Shown piece by piece: positions 1 through 12,009 of a stretch of 34,738 bases of DNA. Source of the DNA: Lama guanicoe. Taxonomy: Eukaryota. Location of the stretch: NCBI GenBank assembly GCA_013239625.1, contig MU054363.1:1-34738 (forward strand). The letters run 5' to 3'. How positions within the stretch are numbered: the stretch's first letter is position 1; each line of letters begins with the position of its first letter. The position numbers and the translations under genes are program-made. The notes beneath the pieces are model-generated. The model did no database searches. It saw only the letters and a program-made list of their open reading frames with translations, and was not told where the DNA came from.

Positions 1-805
1 GGTGTCCCGGCTGGATCCCCAGCTCCACAGCCCCATGTACATCTTCCTCAGCCACCTCTCCTTCCTGGACCTCTGCTACAGCACCACCACCGTCCCTCAG
101 ATGCTGGTCAACATGGGCAGCTCCAGGCAGACCATCAGCTACAATGGCTGCACAGTACAGTACACGGTTTTCCACTGGTTGGGGTGCACTGAGTGCATTG
201 TCTTGGCAGCCATGGCCCTGGACCGCTACGTGGCCATCTGTGAGCCCCTCCGGTATGCCATTATCATGCACCGCCCTCTCTGCCAGCAGCTCGTGGCTGT
301 GGCCTGGCTCAGCGGCTTTGGCAACTCCCTCGTTCAGGTAGTCCTGACAGTGCAGTTGCCTTTCTGTGGGCAACAGGTGTTGAACAACTTCTTCTGTGAG
401 GTGCCAGCCATGATCAAGCTATCCTGTGCTGACACAGCTGTGAATGACACCACACTGGCCGTGCTGGTGGCCTTCTTTGTGCTGGTCCCCCTGGCTCTCA
501 TCCTTCTCTCCTACGGCTTCATTGCCCGTGCAGTGCTCAGGATCAAGTCCTCCAGGGGACGCCGCGAGGCCTTTGGGACCTGTTCCTCCCACCTAGTGGT
601 GGTCTCTCTCTTCTACCTACCTGCCATCTACATGTACCTGCAGCCCCCTTCCAGCTACTCCCAAGAGCAGGGCAAGTTTATCTCCCTTTTCTACTCCATA
701 ATCACTCCCACCCTCAATCCTTTCATCTATACCCTGAGGAATAAGGATGTGAAGGGTGCTCTGAGAAGACTCCTGGCAAGGATCTGGAGGCTCTGCACAA
801 GATGA
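1..805 (+). CDS. OR2B11: Olfactory receptor family 2 subfamily B member 11 (5' end lies upstream of the window)
   Basis: Frame 2..805 is open and has the OR motifs LHSPMYIFLSHLS, MALDRYVAIC, FFCEVP, SYGFI, AFGTCSSHL and PTLNPFIYTLRNKD. It closely resembles human OR2B11 as recalled (VPQMLVNMGSS, QQLVA.AWLSGFGNS, RRLLARIWRLC) and lies tail-to-tail with NLRP3 as in human. The 'M' at position 2 is an internal GTG (Val). Confidence 0.93.
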   Translation, partial: VSRLDPQLHSPMYIFLSHLSFLDLCYSTTTVPQMLVNMGSSRQTISYNGCTVQYTVFHWLGCTECIVLAAMALDRYVAICEPLRYAIIMHRPLCQQLVAVAWLSGFGNSLVQVVLTVQLPFCGQQVLNNFFCEVPAMIKLSCADTAVNDTTLAVLVAFFVLVPLALILLSYGFIARAVLRIKSSRGRREAFGTCSSHLVVVSLFYLPAIYMYLQPPSSYSQEQGKFISLFYSIITPTLNPFIYTLRNKDVKGALRRLLARIWRLCTR

Positions 806-1230
806 AGACCTGAGATGTGGCAGTATCCATCGGTTAGAGAGCACTGGGCCAGTGTATTGTGTGCTCAGATCACCTTTCATTAAGGAGTCAATAACCAAAC
901 AGTGTGTTTTTGAGAGATCTGAGAGTCCCCAAAAATCCCTTACCCAAAACATCTCACTTCCTGCGTGCTCACAGCATCTGAAAGCCCACTTTTCCCAATA
1001 GTCTTTAATTCTAAGAGGCCGTATGTTTTTAGAAATTGTTTAAACAATTGATATTCAATAAGGATTTGTCGAAGTATTTAATTTCTAATTTTCTGATTCC
1101 TTCCCCTTCTCATCTTCCTACTTTTCTTCTATTTCTCCCCCATTTGTCTCTTTCTAAATTTCTTTCTTCCTTTTCTCAAATATCCTAAGTATAAATAATG
1201 TAAACTGAAACATAATCTTATATTACTTAT

Positions 1231-1236
1231 AATAAA
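1231..1236 (+). terminator. Candidate polyadenylation signal for OR2B11
   Basis: First AATAAA seen downstream of the stop at 805. Further copies at 1450-1455 and 1533-1538. The region is AT-rich, so specificity is low. Confidence 0.3.
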
Positions 1237-1569
1237 TTCATGTTCTTCTCCATATATTTATATATCCATAAATTGTATGACTGAAAAAAAAATCTAAAAC
1301 TGAAGAATATTACTTTCTTCTTCCTGTGATCTTAGATTATGCTTCTTTTTTCTGAAGTTCAGGTTTTTGTCTATAGAAAGTTTTTCCACCATTGACTGAA
1401 AACAATACAAGCATATGTACTGTGACTCTATATTGGTTCTAAGAGTACGAATAAAAATAGTATAATCTTTATGTAAAAAAAAGAATACATTCCAGTTAAG
1501 AATACAGGATAAATACAATCATAGTTAATGACAATAAAACTTTATTTTAAATAACAAGTTCAAGGTAAT

Positions 1570-1760
1570 TGTAATAGCTAACATTTATAGAAAAGGTTTC
1601 CATGATGCAGGTACTAGATTAAGTGTATTTATATATACCCTCCTGTTTAATCTTCAGATAAGCTTATAATACAGTCATTTTATGATCCCTCATTGTCATA
1701 AAATAATTTGATGATTAGAGAGATTGCAATAACTTGGCCATCTGGTAAGCGTTCAGAGAA
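1570..1760. mobile_element. MIR SINE remnant
   Basis: atagctaacatttatag...caggtact...tttaatcttca...gattagagagattgcaataacttggcca resembles the MIR core. Confidence 0.55.
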
Positions 1761-2489
1761 ATTGAGACCAGCTCAGAAATTAAGGGCCACCTCCCTTAGT
1801 AGAACAGAACCATGATGTTAGGACTTTTTATTTGCATTTTGTTTTCTCTTCTTCTAGATTTATTTAAACTTAATTTATTCATTTTTATCCCCCTACCATG
1901 TACATGCCAAATATTAACATAGCCAAGCAGAGAAAATGAAATAATAATAATTATTATAATAAATGAAAACTAGGAAAAAGGAAAATTAAAGAAGTCTTTA
2001 TTATATGGTAAAGACAAAAAGGGAATATGACTCACAAAGCTATAGCGTTTGATTTAAGACAAGTGAAAAGACCATGACTTCTCCTGTTACCAAGATCACA
2101 AAGGATTTTTCCCCTGGGCCATACAGCAGCCACTGGGTGACAGCTCAAAGCCCTTTAGAACGACCTTAGTGAACATACATAATGATGCACAAGAGCTTTC
2201 TCTCCTGATTTTTCCTAATGGCACAGATTCAAGGCACAATTCAATGAAAAGAATGTAACGTGAAAGAAAGTCAGTCCACACGTATTAACTATGTAATGAA
2301 CTGACCTAATTCTAGGATGCATTGGAGAGTATTGAGTGTCTCAAAATAGACATGCTAGATTAAACATGGTCTCAAGGTCTTTTCCACTCCTTGCAGTGAG
2401 AGATGGAGATGAATTTTCTTCTCCTTAAAGACTGACATTAGTGACATTTGACAATTTGAATAAAGTAAAAGTAATGGTCTAGATCTTTT

Positions 2490-2867
2490 TCAAGGCAAGG
2501 TCATAAGAAGATTCAGCCAGCTTCCAGCTAGTAACACTCTTTCTGTGTCCCTGAGGGGCCAGGTAAGAAGTCCAGCTACCCTAAGACCGCCATGCTAGGG
2601 AAACTGCAGGCAAATGTTATCCATAGTCTCCCCCAAACCAGGCTTCCATCCAGCTCTCCCACACCTGGGTGGAGCTACCCTAGACCTGCCCACCAGCTGA
2701 ACATCATCCAGTGACCTCAGTAGACACAACATGGAGCAGATGAATCTCCCAGCTGAGCTCTGCCCAAATTCCCAACCCACAAAATGGTAAGATACAATAA
2801 AATAGTTGCTATTCTAAGCCAGTAAGTTTCACGGGGGGTTGGCAGGCAGCAATAGGTAAGTGGAACA
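2490..2867 (+). mobile_element. MaLR (MLT1-type) solo LTR
   Basis: Typical MLT1 3' part: ccagctgagctctgcccaaattccc...aataaaatagttgctattctaagccagtaagttt...gcagcaataggtaagtggaaca. Confidence 0.7.
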
Positions 2868-3509
2868 CCAGGGACCTCTAAAATATTCAATATCAGAGTT
2901 ACATAAAACCACAAGATAAACATGGTGAATTTTCCAGAAGCATTGATATTATGCAACATTTTAGGGAAAAATATTAAAATAATTCAGCTAATAAACAAAC
3001 TGAAACATGTTTACATTTTAATAAACTACATAGATATAAACACATAGATAAAATTTTTATAATGAGACCCAATATTTTGCATGTTCTTGGTGCTTCACTC
3101 TGTTTTACAGTAAGTTTCCTGAAATTCACTTTCCTCTGCTTTTAAAGTACTTTGTGGAAAAGTGAGAAATGCTCATGAAAAGGAAAGGATAGAATGTCTA
3201 CACTCCACTAGCATTTGTCTCGCTTTTCTTTACACAGATCCTGTGCATCCTCTGCCCTCTTTTACTTTCTGGAGATGCATTTCCTTTTGTCCATCGTGAC
3301 ATCTTTCTCTGTTCTTCTTTGGCCCGATCTACTGGGCCTCTTCTTTCCAGGATGCTTGGGGGTGCCTCGAGTGAGTCACTTCCCCTGAAAGGAGCCTCAG
3401 CGTTCTCCACATTCAGGGAGGCTGTTAACTGTGTAGAGTCCCACGCATCTCCAAGGCTATATGCCTTAAACTTGTACAAATAGCAAATAGTTATTTGTCA
3501 ATAAAACTG

Positions 3510-3705
3510 GAGAAATGTATAATTCACTGGGGTTTGGTATGTTCACAGGTTTGTAAATTCATCACAATTTTGTTATTTTTTTTACCTCAAAAAACCCCCA
3601 TTCTTGTTAGCCATCACCCCTAAACTTTCATTCCACCATACCCCTAGCCCTAGGCATCCATCTACTTTCTGCCTCTGTAGATTTATCTATTTAGGACGTT
3701 CCTCT
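3510..3705 (-). mobile_element. Old L1 (L1M) 3' fragment
   Basis: cccctagccctaggca...ctactttctgcctctgtagatttatctatttaggac is the antisense L1M 3'UTR pattern. Confidence 0.65.
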
Positions 3706-5344
3706 AAAATATTTGAGGTGCATTTTTTTCTTCCCAGTAATTTCTAATGCCCATAGAGCTTCTCTACTGAGGCTGAAGCATCTGCTGCTTCAATGGGGTA
3801 AAGAAACCGTTGTTAACCTTGCCGGTTACGTTTAAACACCTCAATGGAGACTATGGTCGTGATTATTTGACGGTCAGGGATTTTGGCAGGAAGCTACTGA
3901 GTGGTTCTCCACTGACATCTGTGCAGTCCTGTAGAATCAGAATGGGGAGCCCTGACTTGGTGCAGTGTTCCATAAGGGCTCGTGGAAAAAGGATCCACAT
4001 TCAAACTTTTCAAACCTAAGACAATGGAAGCAGAAAACAAAACTCAACAGGAAATGACCATTTTCCGTCAATTTTCCTCCCATGTGTCAGGGGCCCTCAT
4101 ATACAGTCATACATTCCTTTCTTCTCTTTATTACCTTCAAGGTAGTTGTTTTCGTCCATCTTACCTTCTTAGGCCCTCCAAACAGAGTTTTCCAGCTGAA
4201 TAACTTCAACCTAGGATGAGAAAGCATCGTAGCCAGGCACCTTAGTGGCTGTGCCTAGGATGTTGGTCTCTGTGCTGGCCAAGGTGAAACTTGCCCCCCG
4301 GCTTCCTCTCTGCTTCCTACTCTCCTGGCCCTATGGCTGGTGTTTATTTAGGTGCCTGACAATTTTGTGCATGGAAGGGTTTTTCCTAGTGCCCCACACT
4401 TCATGTTTTCACAGAACCAAATGAAGACAGCAAAGGTGAGTAGGAAGCAGTTGGAAACAACCGTGCAGATGACTTCTGAGTCCTTCCTGCAGAGACCGAA
4501 ATCCTAGTTACACAGTGGTACCAGCATATGCGTTCACTATCCTCATGTGTTTTCATCTCAGACCTTAAGCATCTTTGTAATCAAGGCCATTGTTATTAGT
4601 AATCCACTTGGTGGTGTAGCTATAACAAAATCTAAGTGGCATAGGGCAGGTGCAGGTAATCCTCTTGTCCAAGGCCACAGTATTAAGGGAGAGGAAGCAG
4701 AGTGTCTAAAAAGTAAGGTGATGTTCTCAAGCTTCTAACTGGTAACCGAGTGATTGCTGCCATGAGGTGAAAACTTAGCAAATATTTTTATGCTGTTTAG
4801 AAACACTGTGTTACCCCTCTAGCCTAATGTGGCTTTTTGCTTTTGTAAATTTTTTGTACTTTGTGCTATTAGGTAGAAGAAAGGGAAAACTTAAGGATAG
4901 ATCTGTCCCCTCCATGATGTTTTTCAGCCTATCATTTTATCTCCACCTTTAGAAAAAATATGTATATAGTTGACTTTGTATTTGTCCTTATGCACACGCA
5001 TACTTAAAACCATGTCAGCGACTATTGCAGGGACACAGAATAGGGTCAAAATGAGAAAGTTTTATATATAGATATCTCAGTATAAATGAATTTTCTTCTA
5101 TAAGGACACATAAAATTTAGAATTTAAAAAAATACACTTCATTTGGTTCTATAAAGAAAGAAAAAAGAAATCCTTTTCCCTGAATCACCTCTAAAGTCTA
5201 TTCTGAGTATCTTTTGCACTTTATCCATGAGGAAGAAATCACTACATTCTGAATCCAAACACACGACCAGAGGAAAGCATGAGAATGGGGGCCAGACTGA
5301 GGAGAAGTCGCCAAAGACCGATAGGGTTTATTGCTTCTTAAATT

Positions 5345-5475
5345 TGTTGAATTGGTTTATGAACGGAAAAGTCTAATTTAAGATGGGATGAAAGACGGAA
5401 GGGAAGTCCCTCATGGTTGATACTCTCCCATCTCTAATAGCACAGAGTAGACATGGTTGGGTCCCAAGGGGATGG
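5345..5475 (+). promoter_or_regulatory. Candidate OR promoter: O/E (EBF)-like site plus homeodomain cores
   Basis: TCCCAAGGGG at 5462-5471 matches TCCCNNGGGR. AATTG/TAATT cores lie at about 5350 and 5374. The site is about 200 nt upstream of a consensus donor at 5692. Paired HD and O/E sites are the known OR promoter signature, but both motifs are short. Confidence 0.3.
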
Positions 5476-5677
5476 AGAACTCACCACAGGAGACATTCAG
5501 ACCCAAGGCTGATTTTCATCTGGGAAGGGGTCCCAGTGACCTATCAGTCTCAGCATGCTGAGGCTTCCTGAAATAGGCAGGAAATTTCCAGAGCACCACT
5601 CTGTCACCTCTTCATGGTTCTGTGCCCCAGGATGCTAATAAAAACAGGTCTCTGATTCCAGTCCCTCTTCAGTGACC

Positions 5678-5691
5678 ATGGTGTCCTGGAG
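5678..5691 (+). CDS. Putative first coding mini-exon (MVSW-R) of the downstream family-2 OR
   Basis: gaccATGG (optimal Kozak), then ATG GTG TCC TGG AG|GTAAGT (full consensus donor, phase 2). The phase matches the acceptor at 12930-12931. There is an in-frame upstream TAA at 5639-5641. Confidence 0.55.
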
Positions 5692-5831
5692 GTAAGTTGT
5701 TTGTACACTTGCTCAGGCTGTGACCAAACCTGAGCTAAAATAGTATAAAATGTACCTGAGAAGGAAACAGGAACCTGGATATCTTTGGCAATGGCTATGA
5801 TTGGGTAGGCTGAGGGGGAAAGCAGCCACAC

Positions 5832-5970
5832 TCCAGGCACAGAGGACAATAGACCAAAACCACACTGGTTAATAATAATAGTAACAGTAATAATAATAAT
5901 AATAATAATAGTAATAATCAGAAGTGTTTTATGCAGTTTGAGGACATGAGGATCAAACATGATAGAATAT
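5832..5970 (+). repeat. Left arm of a ~100-bp inverted duplication, containing an (AAT)n expansion
   Basis: 5832-5873 and 5913-5970 match the reverse complement of 8511-8616 with 4 mismatches in 100 aligned bases. Confidence 0.9.
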
Positions 5971-5974
5971 TACT

Positions 5975-6250
5975 GAGCCATGAGGAAGAAGAAAATCCTG
6001 CCGTTTGCAACAACACGGATGGAATTTGAAAGCATTATGTTAAAGGAAATATCAAGATAGAGAAAGGCAATACACGATCTTGTGGCAGCTCGTGGTGGAA
6101 AAGAACGCAACAATGAATATATGTATGTTCATGTATGACTAAAAAAATTGTGCTCGACACTGGTAATTGACAACACTGTAAACTGACTATAACTCAATAA
6201 AATAAAATGTTTAAAAAAGAAAGGCAAATACTGGATGACATCACAAACAG
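5975..6250 (+). mobile_element. Older L1 3' fragment interrupted by a young L1 3' tail (6074-6217)
   Basis: aaaatcctgccgtttgcaacaacacggatgga is L1 3' sequence. The nested tail atgtatgttcatgtatgact...tgactataactcaataaa is flanked by the TSD agaaaggcaa(a)tac at 6061-6073 and 6218-6231. Confidence 0.85.
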
Positions 6251-8510
6251 TGTATAGTGATGGGCAAAATTAACTGTTCATGGAGACATTAAGTGGTACC
6301 TGAGTACCTCCTTAGAAGCCAACGTAGGACCACCAGTCAAATCTCATGGCATCTACCATTACAGGCTGCTCCTGTCAGAAGTGCAGAGCACTTATCAATA
6401 CCATGTTAGGCGGAAACTCAGAAACCGGTAGCCACGTGGGAACACAGATCATTTAGACCAAATCAAATACTGCTAAGGAGTCAAGGAATATGGAAAAGGG
6501 AGGGAGGAGCTCACCAGAAAGAAATTTAACCCCTCCTGGAGCACAGCCCAGAAACCACCTCTTCCCTCCTTGCATTTCCATGGTTCCATGTTGTGCTAGC
6601 CCTTCCCAGATTCATCTTGTAGCTCCAAGTAGGGGACTCCTACCAGAATTGCTCACAGACTGAAGGGTGATAAGAAAATGATTAACACAGGAATTTCTCC
6701 TTGAAGGATAATAATATCGATACAGAGATGCATCATAAGGGTTGTTTTGGGGATCAGTGATAATCAGCTGGAAAACAAATTGATGCAGTCCCAAATGTTG
6801 AGCAATAACTTATATTGGCATTATTCCTGAGAAGTATGAGAAACAGGTAGTGCTTTGAGATCTGCTTTACAGAGAGGAAACCGGTGGTTCAGAAACGGCG
6901 CTGGTCTGACTGAAGCTGGAAATCAATGAGTATATAGTGAGTACTTTACCCTGCAAGTCGCTTTACAGGAAGCTGAAATGAATCAAGTGTCTCACTTGTC
7001 TTCCAAGGAACTGGAAATCTCATGTTTATGTATCAGAACTTTCTTATTCAAAGGGATAGAGATCATTGTGTGTGTTTCCCCTAGTGAAAGTTTCTCTGCA
7101 TTTTTTAGGGGCAATGTTTATTTTACCAGTGTGGTTTTGGCCCACTTAGAGATCTTAGTATCTGCAGTTAATGAGCAGAGCAAGCTGGTATTTACTTGAA
7201 GTTTCCAATGCGAGGGATTTTTCAGGGTGTCAACATTTAGGATAGCCATTTGTAAGGGACTAATGTAGAAAATCATCTCATAAGAATGAAAATGAGATCA
7301 TGTATAAAATTAGATGAATAAAAGTATAAAAAGATAGGATGCATTCATTTTTAAATTATTGAATATTAATAATAGAACAAGAATAGGAATGCTTGGATGA
7401 TTCAGACTGAAAATTGTTGGCAATCCAAGTATTTGAGCTGTAGACAGGGGAAAGAAATGTAATAAATATATTAAATTGTTAGGTACCAACTGAGATAACA
7501 TTTTTCTAAATTCCAAGTAACTGATGTAAAACTAATTTCTGTACAGCCTCAGAGGTGGCAGACACCATGATGACGTGATCATCAGAGTGGCCAGAGGGCA
7601 TTGAAAGAGGTGCGTGCCTTTGCACACGGACAGGTTCAGAGTGATGTCAGCGAACTGCGTGGCCGGGGGCAGATAGCAGAAGTTGGAGAGTGACCAGGGA
7701 TTACCGGACAGGGTGAAGTAAGGGACCTAGTTATGGTTGCTCAACTAATTATTTAAATTTACATTATGGGGAGAGAATCTATAAAAGCAGGTTCCTGAGC
7801 CAGGAGGAGGATGATAGAAGAGATGTTTCCTATAGGAATGTGTGTGAACTCAGGGTTTTCTGCAGAACCCCAGCATGAAGGAATCTGGTCCTGCAAGATC
7901 AGTCGTAAGCAACAGAGAGCAAAAAACCAGAGCACTGACAGTAACACAAGGGAAACTTTGAGCATGTACTTAACACGTGTGTTTAGCAGGGAATGGAGAG
8001 GAGGGTGTTCTCAGCTTCATTATCTCTCTTATGCCATGCCTCATATCATTAAGTCCAGAATATCCAACACAGAAACACTTTTTGATTCCCCAGCATATGC
8101 ACAAAGTCTAGGTGAGACCTTGCCCTCTGTCCGTGAACACCCCTTATGTTGCACCTCTTCTCTTGTTCCCCTGTGCCTGGATCAAACAAGAAAATACCTG
8201 GATCCTCGAGTCTCCTCCACCACCTATAACTATGACTCCCTTTGAGCTCTAAATGGGGTTTTCCATGAATTATCAAGACTGGACAAATCAAAGATAGGGA
8301 AGGAAAGGCAAGTGTAGGGACCGACTTCTTGCAGAGGAAGCCAGCACCTCAGAGCTTTGGCAGAGTTTAGGTCCAGAATGCAGCCCAGTGCTGGTTACAG
8401 AGGAAAGACTTACAATGAACAGAGTAGGGTGTCCTCAGTTTTTTTCTAACCCTGCTCCCACTCACAGGGCCATCAGTAGAACAATTTTGCAATAGTAATA
8501 ACGCCTCATG

Positions 8511-8616
8511 ATATTCTATCATGTTTGATCCTCATGTCCTCAAACTGCGTGAAACACTTCTGATTATTATTGTCATTAACCAGTGTGATTTTGGTCTGTT
8601 GTCCTCTGTGCCTGGA
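8511..8616 (-). repeat. Right arm of the inverted duplication
   Basis: Reverse complement of 5832-5970, lacking the AAT expansion. Confidence 0.9.
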
Positions 8617-9004
8617 ATATGGGTACCTGCAGACATTCTCACACAGGGTCATAGGACATCAAAGGAAGCACCAAAGTCAGCAGGGTCACACAGGCAGTTT
8701 GGAAATGTCCCTGTGGCAATTTTTGTATTCATCTCATAAGAAGCATTGAGCCTCATAGACCCGTGTTATTAGGAAAACCACAGCCAACTCCATGGACCAG
8801 AAGACAAAATGGGACAAGCATATCTAGTAAATTAAAATGTTCTGGAAGGAAGATCCATTGGCTGAGGCTTTTCCAGATGTGGGAAGAAAGCCACTAAGTG
8901 GCTGCTAGTGGCCAGCCTCTGTCACAACATGAAATAGATGAGCACTGAGCGTGCACTGACGTAAACTACACCATCAGTTCACAAAGCCATGATGGCTTCA
9001 TTGC

Positions 9005-9559
9005 NNNNNNNNNNNNNNNNNNNNNNNNNNNNNNNNNNNNNNNNNNNNNNNNNNNNNNNNNNNNNNNNNNNNNNNNNNNNNNNNNNNNNNNNNNNNNNNN
9101 NNNNNNNNNNNNNNNNNNNNNNNNNNNNNNNNNNNNNNNNNNNNNNNNNNNNNNNNNNNNNNNNNNNNNNNNNNNNNNNNNNNNNNNNNNNNNNNNNNNN
9201 NNNNNNNNNNNNNNNNNNNNNNNNNNNNNNNNNNNNNNNNNNNNNNNNNNNNNNNNNNNNNNNNNNNNNNNNNNNNNNNNNNNNNNNNNNNNNNNNNNNN
9301 NNNNNNNNNNNNNNNNNNNNNNNNNNNNNNNNNNNNNNNNNNNNNNNNNNNNNNNNNNNNNNNNNNNNNNNNNNNNNNNNNNNNNNNNNNNNNNNNNNNN
9401 NNNNNNNNNNNNNNNNNNNNNNNNNNNNNNNNNNNNNNNNNNNNNNNNNNNNNNNNNNNNNNNNNNNNNNNNNNNNNNNNNNNNNNNNNNNNNNNNNNNN
9501 NNNNNNNNNNNNNNNNNNNNNNNNNNNNNNNNNNNNNNNNNNNNNNNNNNNNNNNNNNN
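9005..9559. other. Assembly gap (555 N)
   Basis: Run of n. Confidence 1.
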
Positions 9560-11815
9560 TTTCCATGTCTTGGCTATTGTAAATAGAGCTGCTATGAATG
9601 TGTATTGGGGTCTTTTTGAATTAGAGTTTCCTCTGGATATATACCCAGGAGTGGGATTGCTGGATCATATGGTAAATCTGTGTTTAGTTTTTTAAGGAAC
9701 CTCCATACTGTCCTCCATAGTGGCTGCACTCCCATCAACAGTGTAGGAGGGTTCTCTTTTCTCCACATCCTCACCGGCAGTTGTCTTTTTTGTGATGGCC
9801 ATTCTAACATACATGAGGAGATATTGTAGTTTTGATTTGCATTTCCCTAATAATTAGTGACTTTGAGCGTCCTTTCATGTACCTGTTGGCCTTTCATATA
9901 TCTTCTTTGAAAATGTTCAGATTATTTGCCCTTTTTTGATTGGATTATTCAAAGTTTTTTTGCTTGGTTGTTTGGGTTTTATTTTTTGGCTATTGAGTTG
10001 TATGGGTTCTTTATATACTTTGGATATTAATTTTTATCAGATACAGGATTTGCAAATATTTTATCCCATTCCATGGGCTGCCTTTTCATTTTGTCAATCA
10101 TTTCTTTTTCTATGCAGCAGTTTTTTGGTTTTATGTGGTCCCACTTGTTAATTTTTTATTTTGTTGTTTATGCTTTAGGGGTCATATTCAGAAAATCACT
10201 GACAAGACCTACACCAAAGATTTTTTCCCCTATGTTTTCTTCTAGAGGTTTTATGGTTTCAGGTCTTACATTTAAGTCTTTAATCCATTTTGAGTTAACT
10301 TTTGTGAGTTGTGTAAGGAAGGGGCCTGGTGTCATTCTTTTACACGTGAGTATCGAGTTTTCCCAGCACATTGATTGAGAGATTGCCTTTTCTCCATTGA
10401 ATATTCTTGGCTCTCCTGTCAAATATTAGTGGAAAGTATATACTAGGTTTATTTCTGAGCTCTCCGTTCTGTTCCATTGATCCGTTTGTCTGGTTAGATG
10501 CCAGTGCCGCACTGTTTGACACATCTAGGTTTATAGTATAGTTTGAAATGGGAGTGTAATGCCTCTCACTTTGTCTTTCTCAGAGTGGCTTCAGCTATTT
10601 GGGGGATCATTTGTGTCTCCATATAAATGCTTTTTCTATTTCTATAAAAATGCCATTGAACTATTAATAGGAATTGCATCAAATCTACAGATGGCTTCTG
10701 GTAGTATTGACATATTAACAGTATTAATTTTTACAGTCCATTAACACCAAATACCCATTTATTTGTGTAGTCTGTGATTTCTTTCATCAAAGTTTTATAG
10801 TTTTTAGAGCAGAAATCTTTCACTTCTTGGTTAAGTTTATTCCTAAGTATTTTATTGCTTCGAATGCTATTGTAAATGGTATCCTTTTCTTTATTACTCT
10901 TTCAGATAATTCGATCTAATTTCATCCAACAGTTTTATGATAGAGTTTTTAGGATTTTCTAGACATAAAATTATATCATCTGCAAATAAAGATAATTTTA
11001 TTTATTCCTTTCCAATTCTGATGCCTTTTATATTTTTTTCTTGTCTGATTTCTCTGGGTATGGCTTTCAGTATTATGAATAGTAAGAGTGCACCCTTGTC
11101 ATATGCCTGATCTTACAGGAAAAGCTGTCAACCTTTCACCATTGAGTATGATGTTAGCTGTGGGCTTGTCATATATGGTCTTCATTATGTTGAGGTACTT
11201 CCGTCTATACCTAATTTGTTAAGATTTTTTTGTCATGAATGATGTTGAATTTTGCCAGATGCTTTTCTGTGTCTATTGAGATGGTCATATGATTTTTATT
11301 ATATCATTTTATTAATGTGATGTATCACATCGATTGATTTGCACATGTTACCACCCCAGGGGTAAATTCCACTTGTTCATGGTGCGTGGTTCTTTTAATG
11401 TGCTGGGGAATTTGATTTACTAGCATTTTATTGAGAATTTTTACACCTACGTATATCAAGAATATCAATCTGCAGCTTTCTTTTCTGGAAGTGACCTTAT
11501 CTGGCTTTGGTATCAGGATATCGCTAGCCTTATAAAATGAGTATGAGAGTGTTCCTTCTTTTTAGGTTTTTTGGAAGAGTTTGAGAAGGTTTGGCATTAT
11601 TTCTTACTTAAATGTTTGGTAAAATTCACCATGAAGCCATCTGGTCCTGGGCTTTTCTTCACTGGCAGATTTAATTACTGATTCAATATCCTTACCAGTA
11701 ATTGGTCTATTTTGGTTTTCTGTTTCTTCCTGATTCAGTCTTGATAGCTTGTATATTTCCAAGAATATTTTGATTTCTTATAGGTTGTCCAGCTTGTAGC
11801 ATGTAGTTGATGATA
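9560..11815 (-). mobile_element. L1 LINE ORF2/3' region, degenerate
   Basis: Minus-strand peptides such as LTKVNSKWIKDLNVRPETIKPLEENIG and [29 protein letters not shown] are L1 ORF2 C-terminal sequence. There are many stops and frameshifts. Confidence 0.95.
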
Positions 11816-12009
11816 GTGGCAAGGGCTAGTTTTAAGCATTCACTTTCTATATTCTTGCCTTCTAAGGGTTTACTAGAATTATCCAAGTCTGAAGAAAAAA
11901 ATAAGATGAAAATGTCCCAAAAGGGATGAGATGAAAGAAAGGCCCGTAAAATGTTAGAAAAATTATTAATACAGGATAAGATAAGCAGTTTTCTAAAATC
12001 AAAAATGAC

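Noticed and set aside
3198..3479. 93-aa minus-strand ORF
   Set aside because: Non-ATG start, no recognisable domain, and no retrocopy hallmarks seen.
5832..8616. DNA transposon with long terminal inverted repeats
   Set aside because: No TSD at the outer ends, no transposase remnant and no recognised terminal motif.
5604..8739. Two ORFs starting MFDPHVLKL (5604-5960 minus, 8521-8739 plus) suggesting a paralogous peptide pair
   Set aside because: The similarity is explained by the inverted DNA duplication. The Ile run is an AAT microsatellite, and the ORFs diverge outside the repeat.
8979..9582. Two long ORFs in the ORF track
   Set aside because: They consist of X residues spanning the N-gap.
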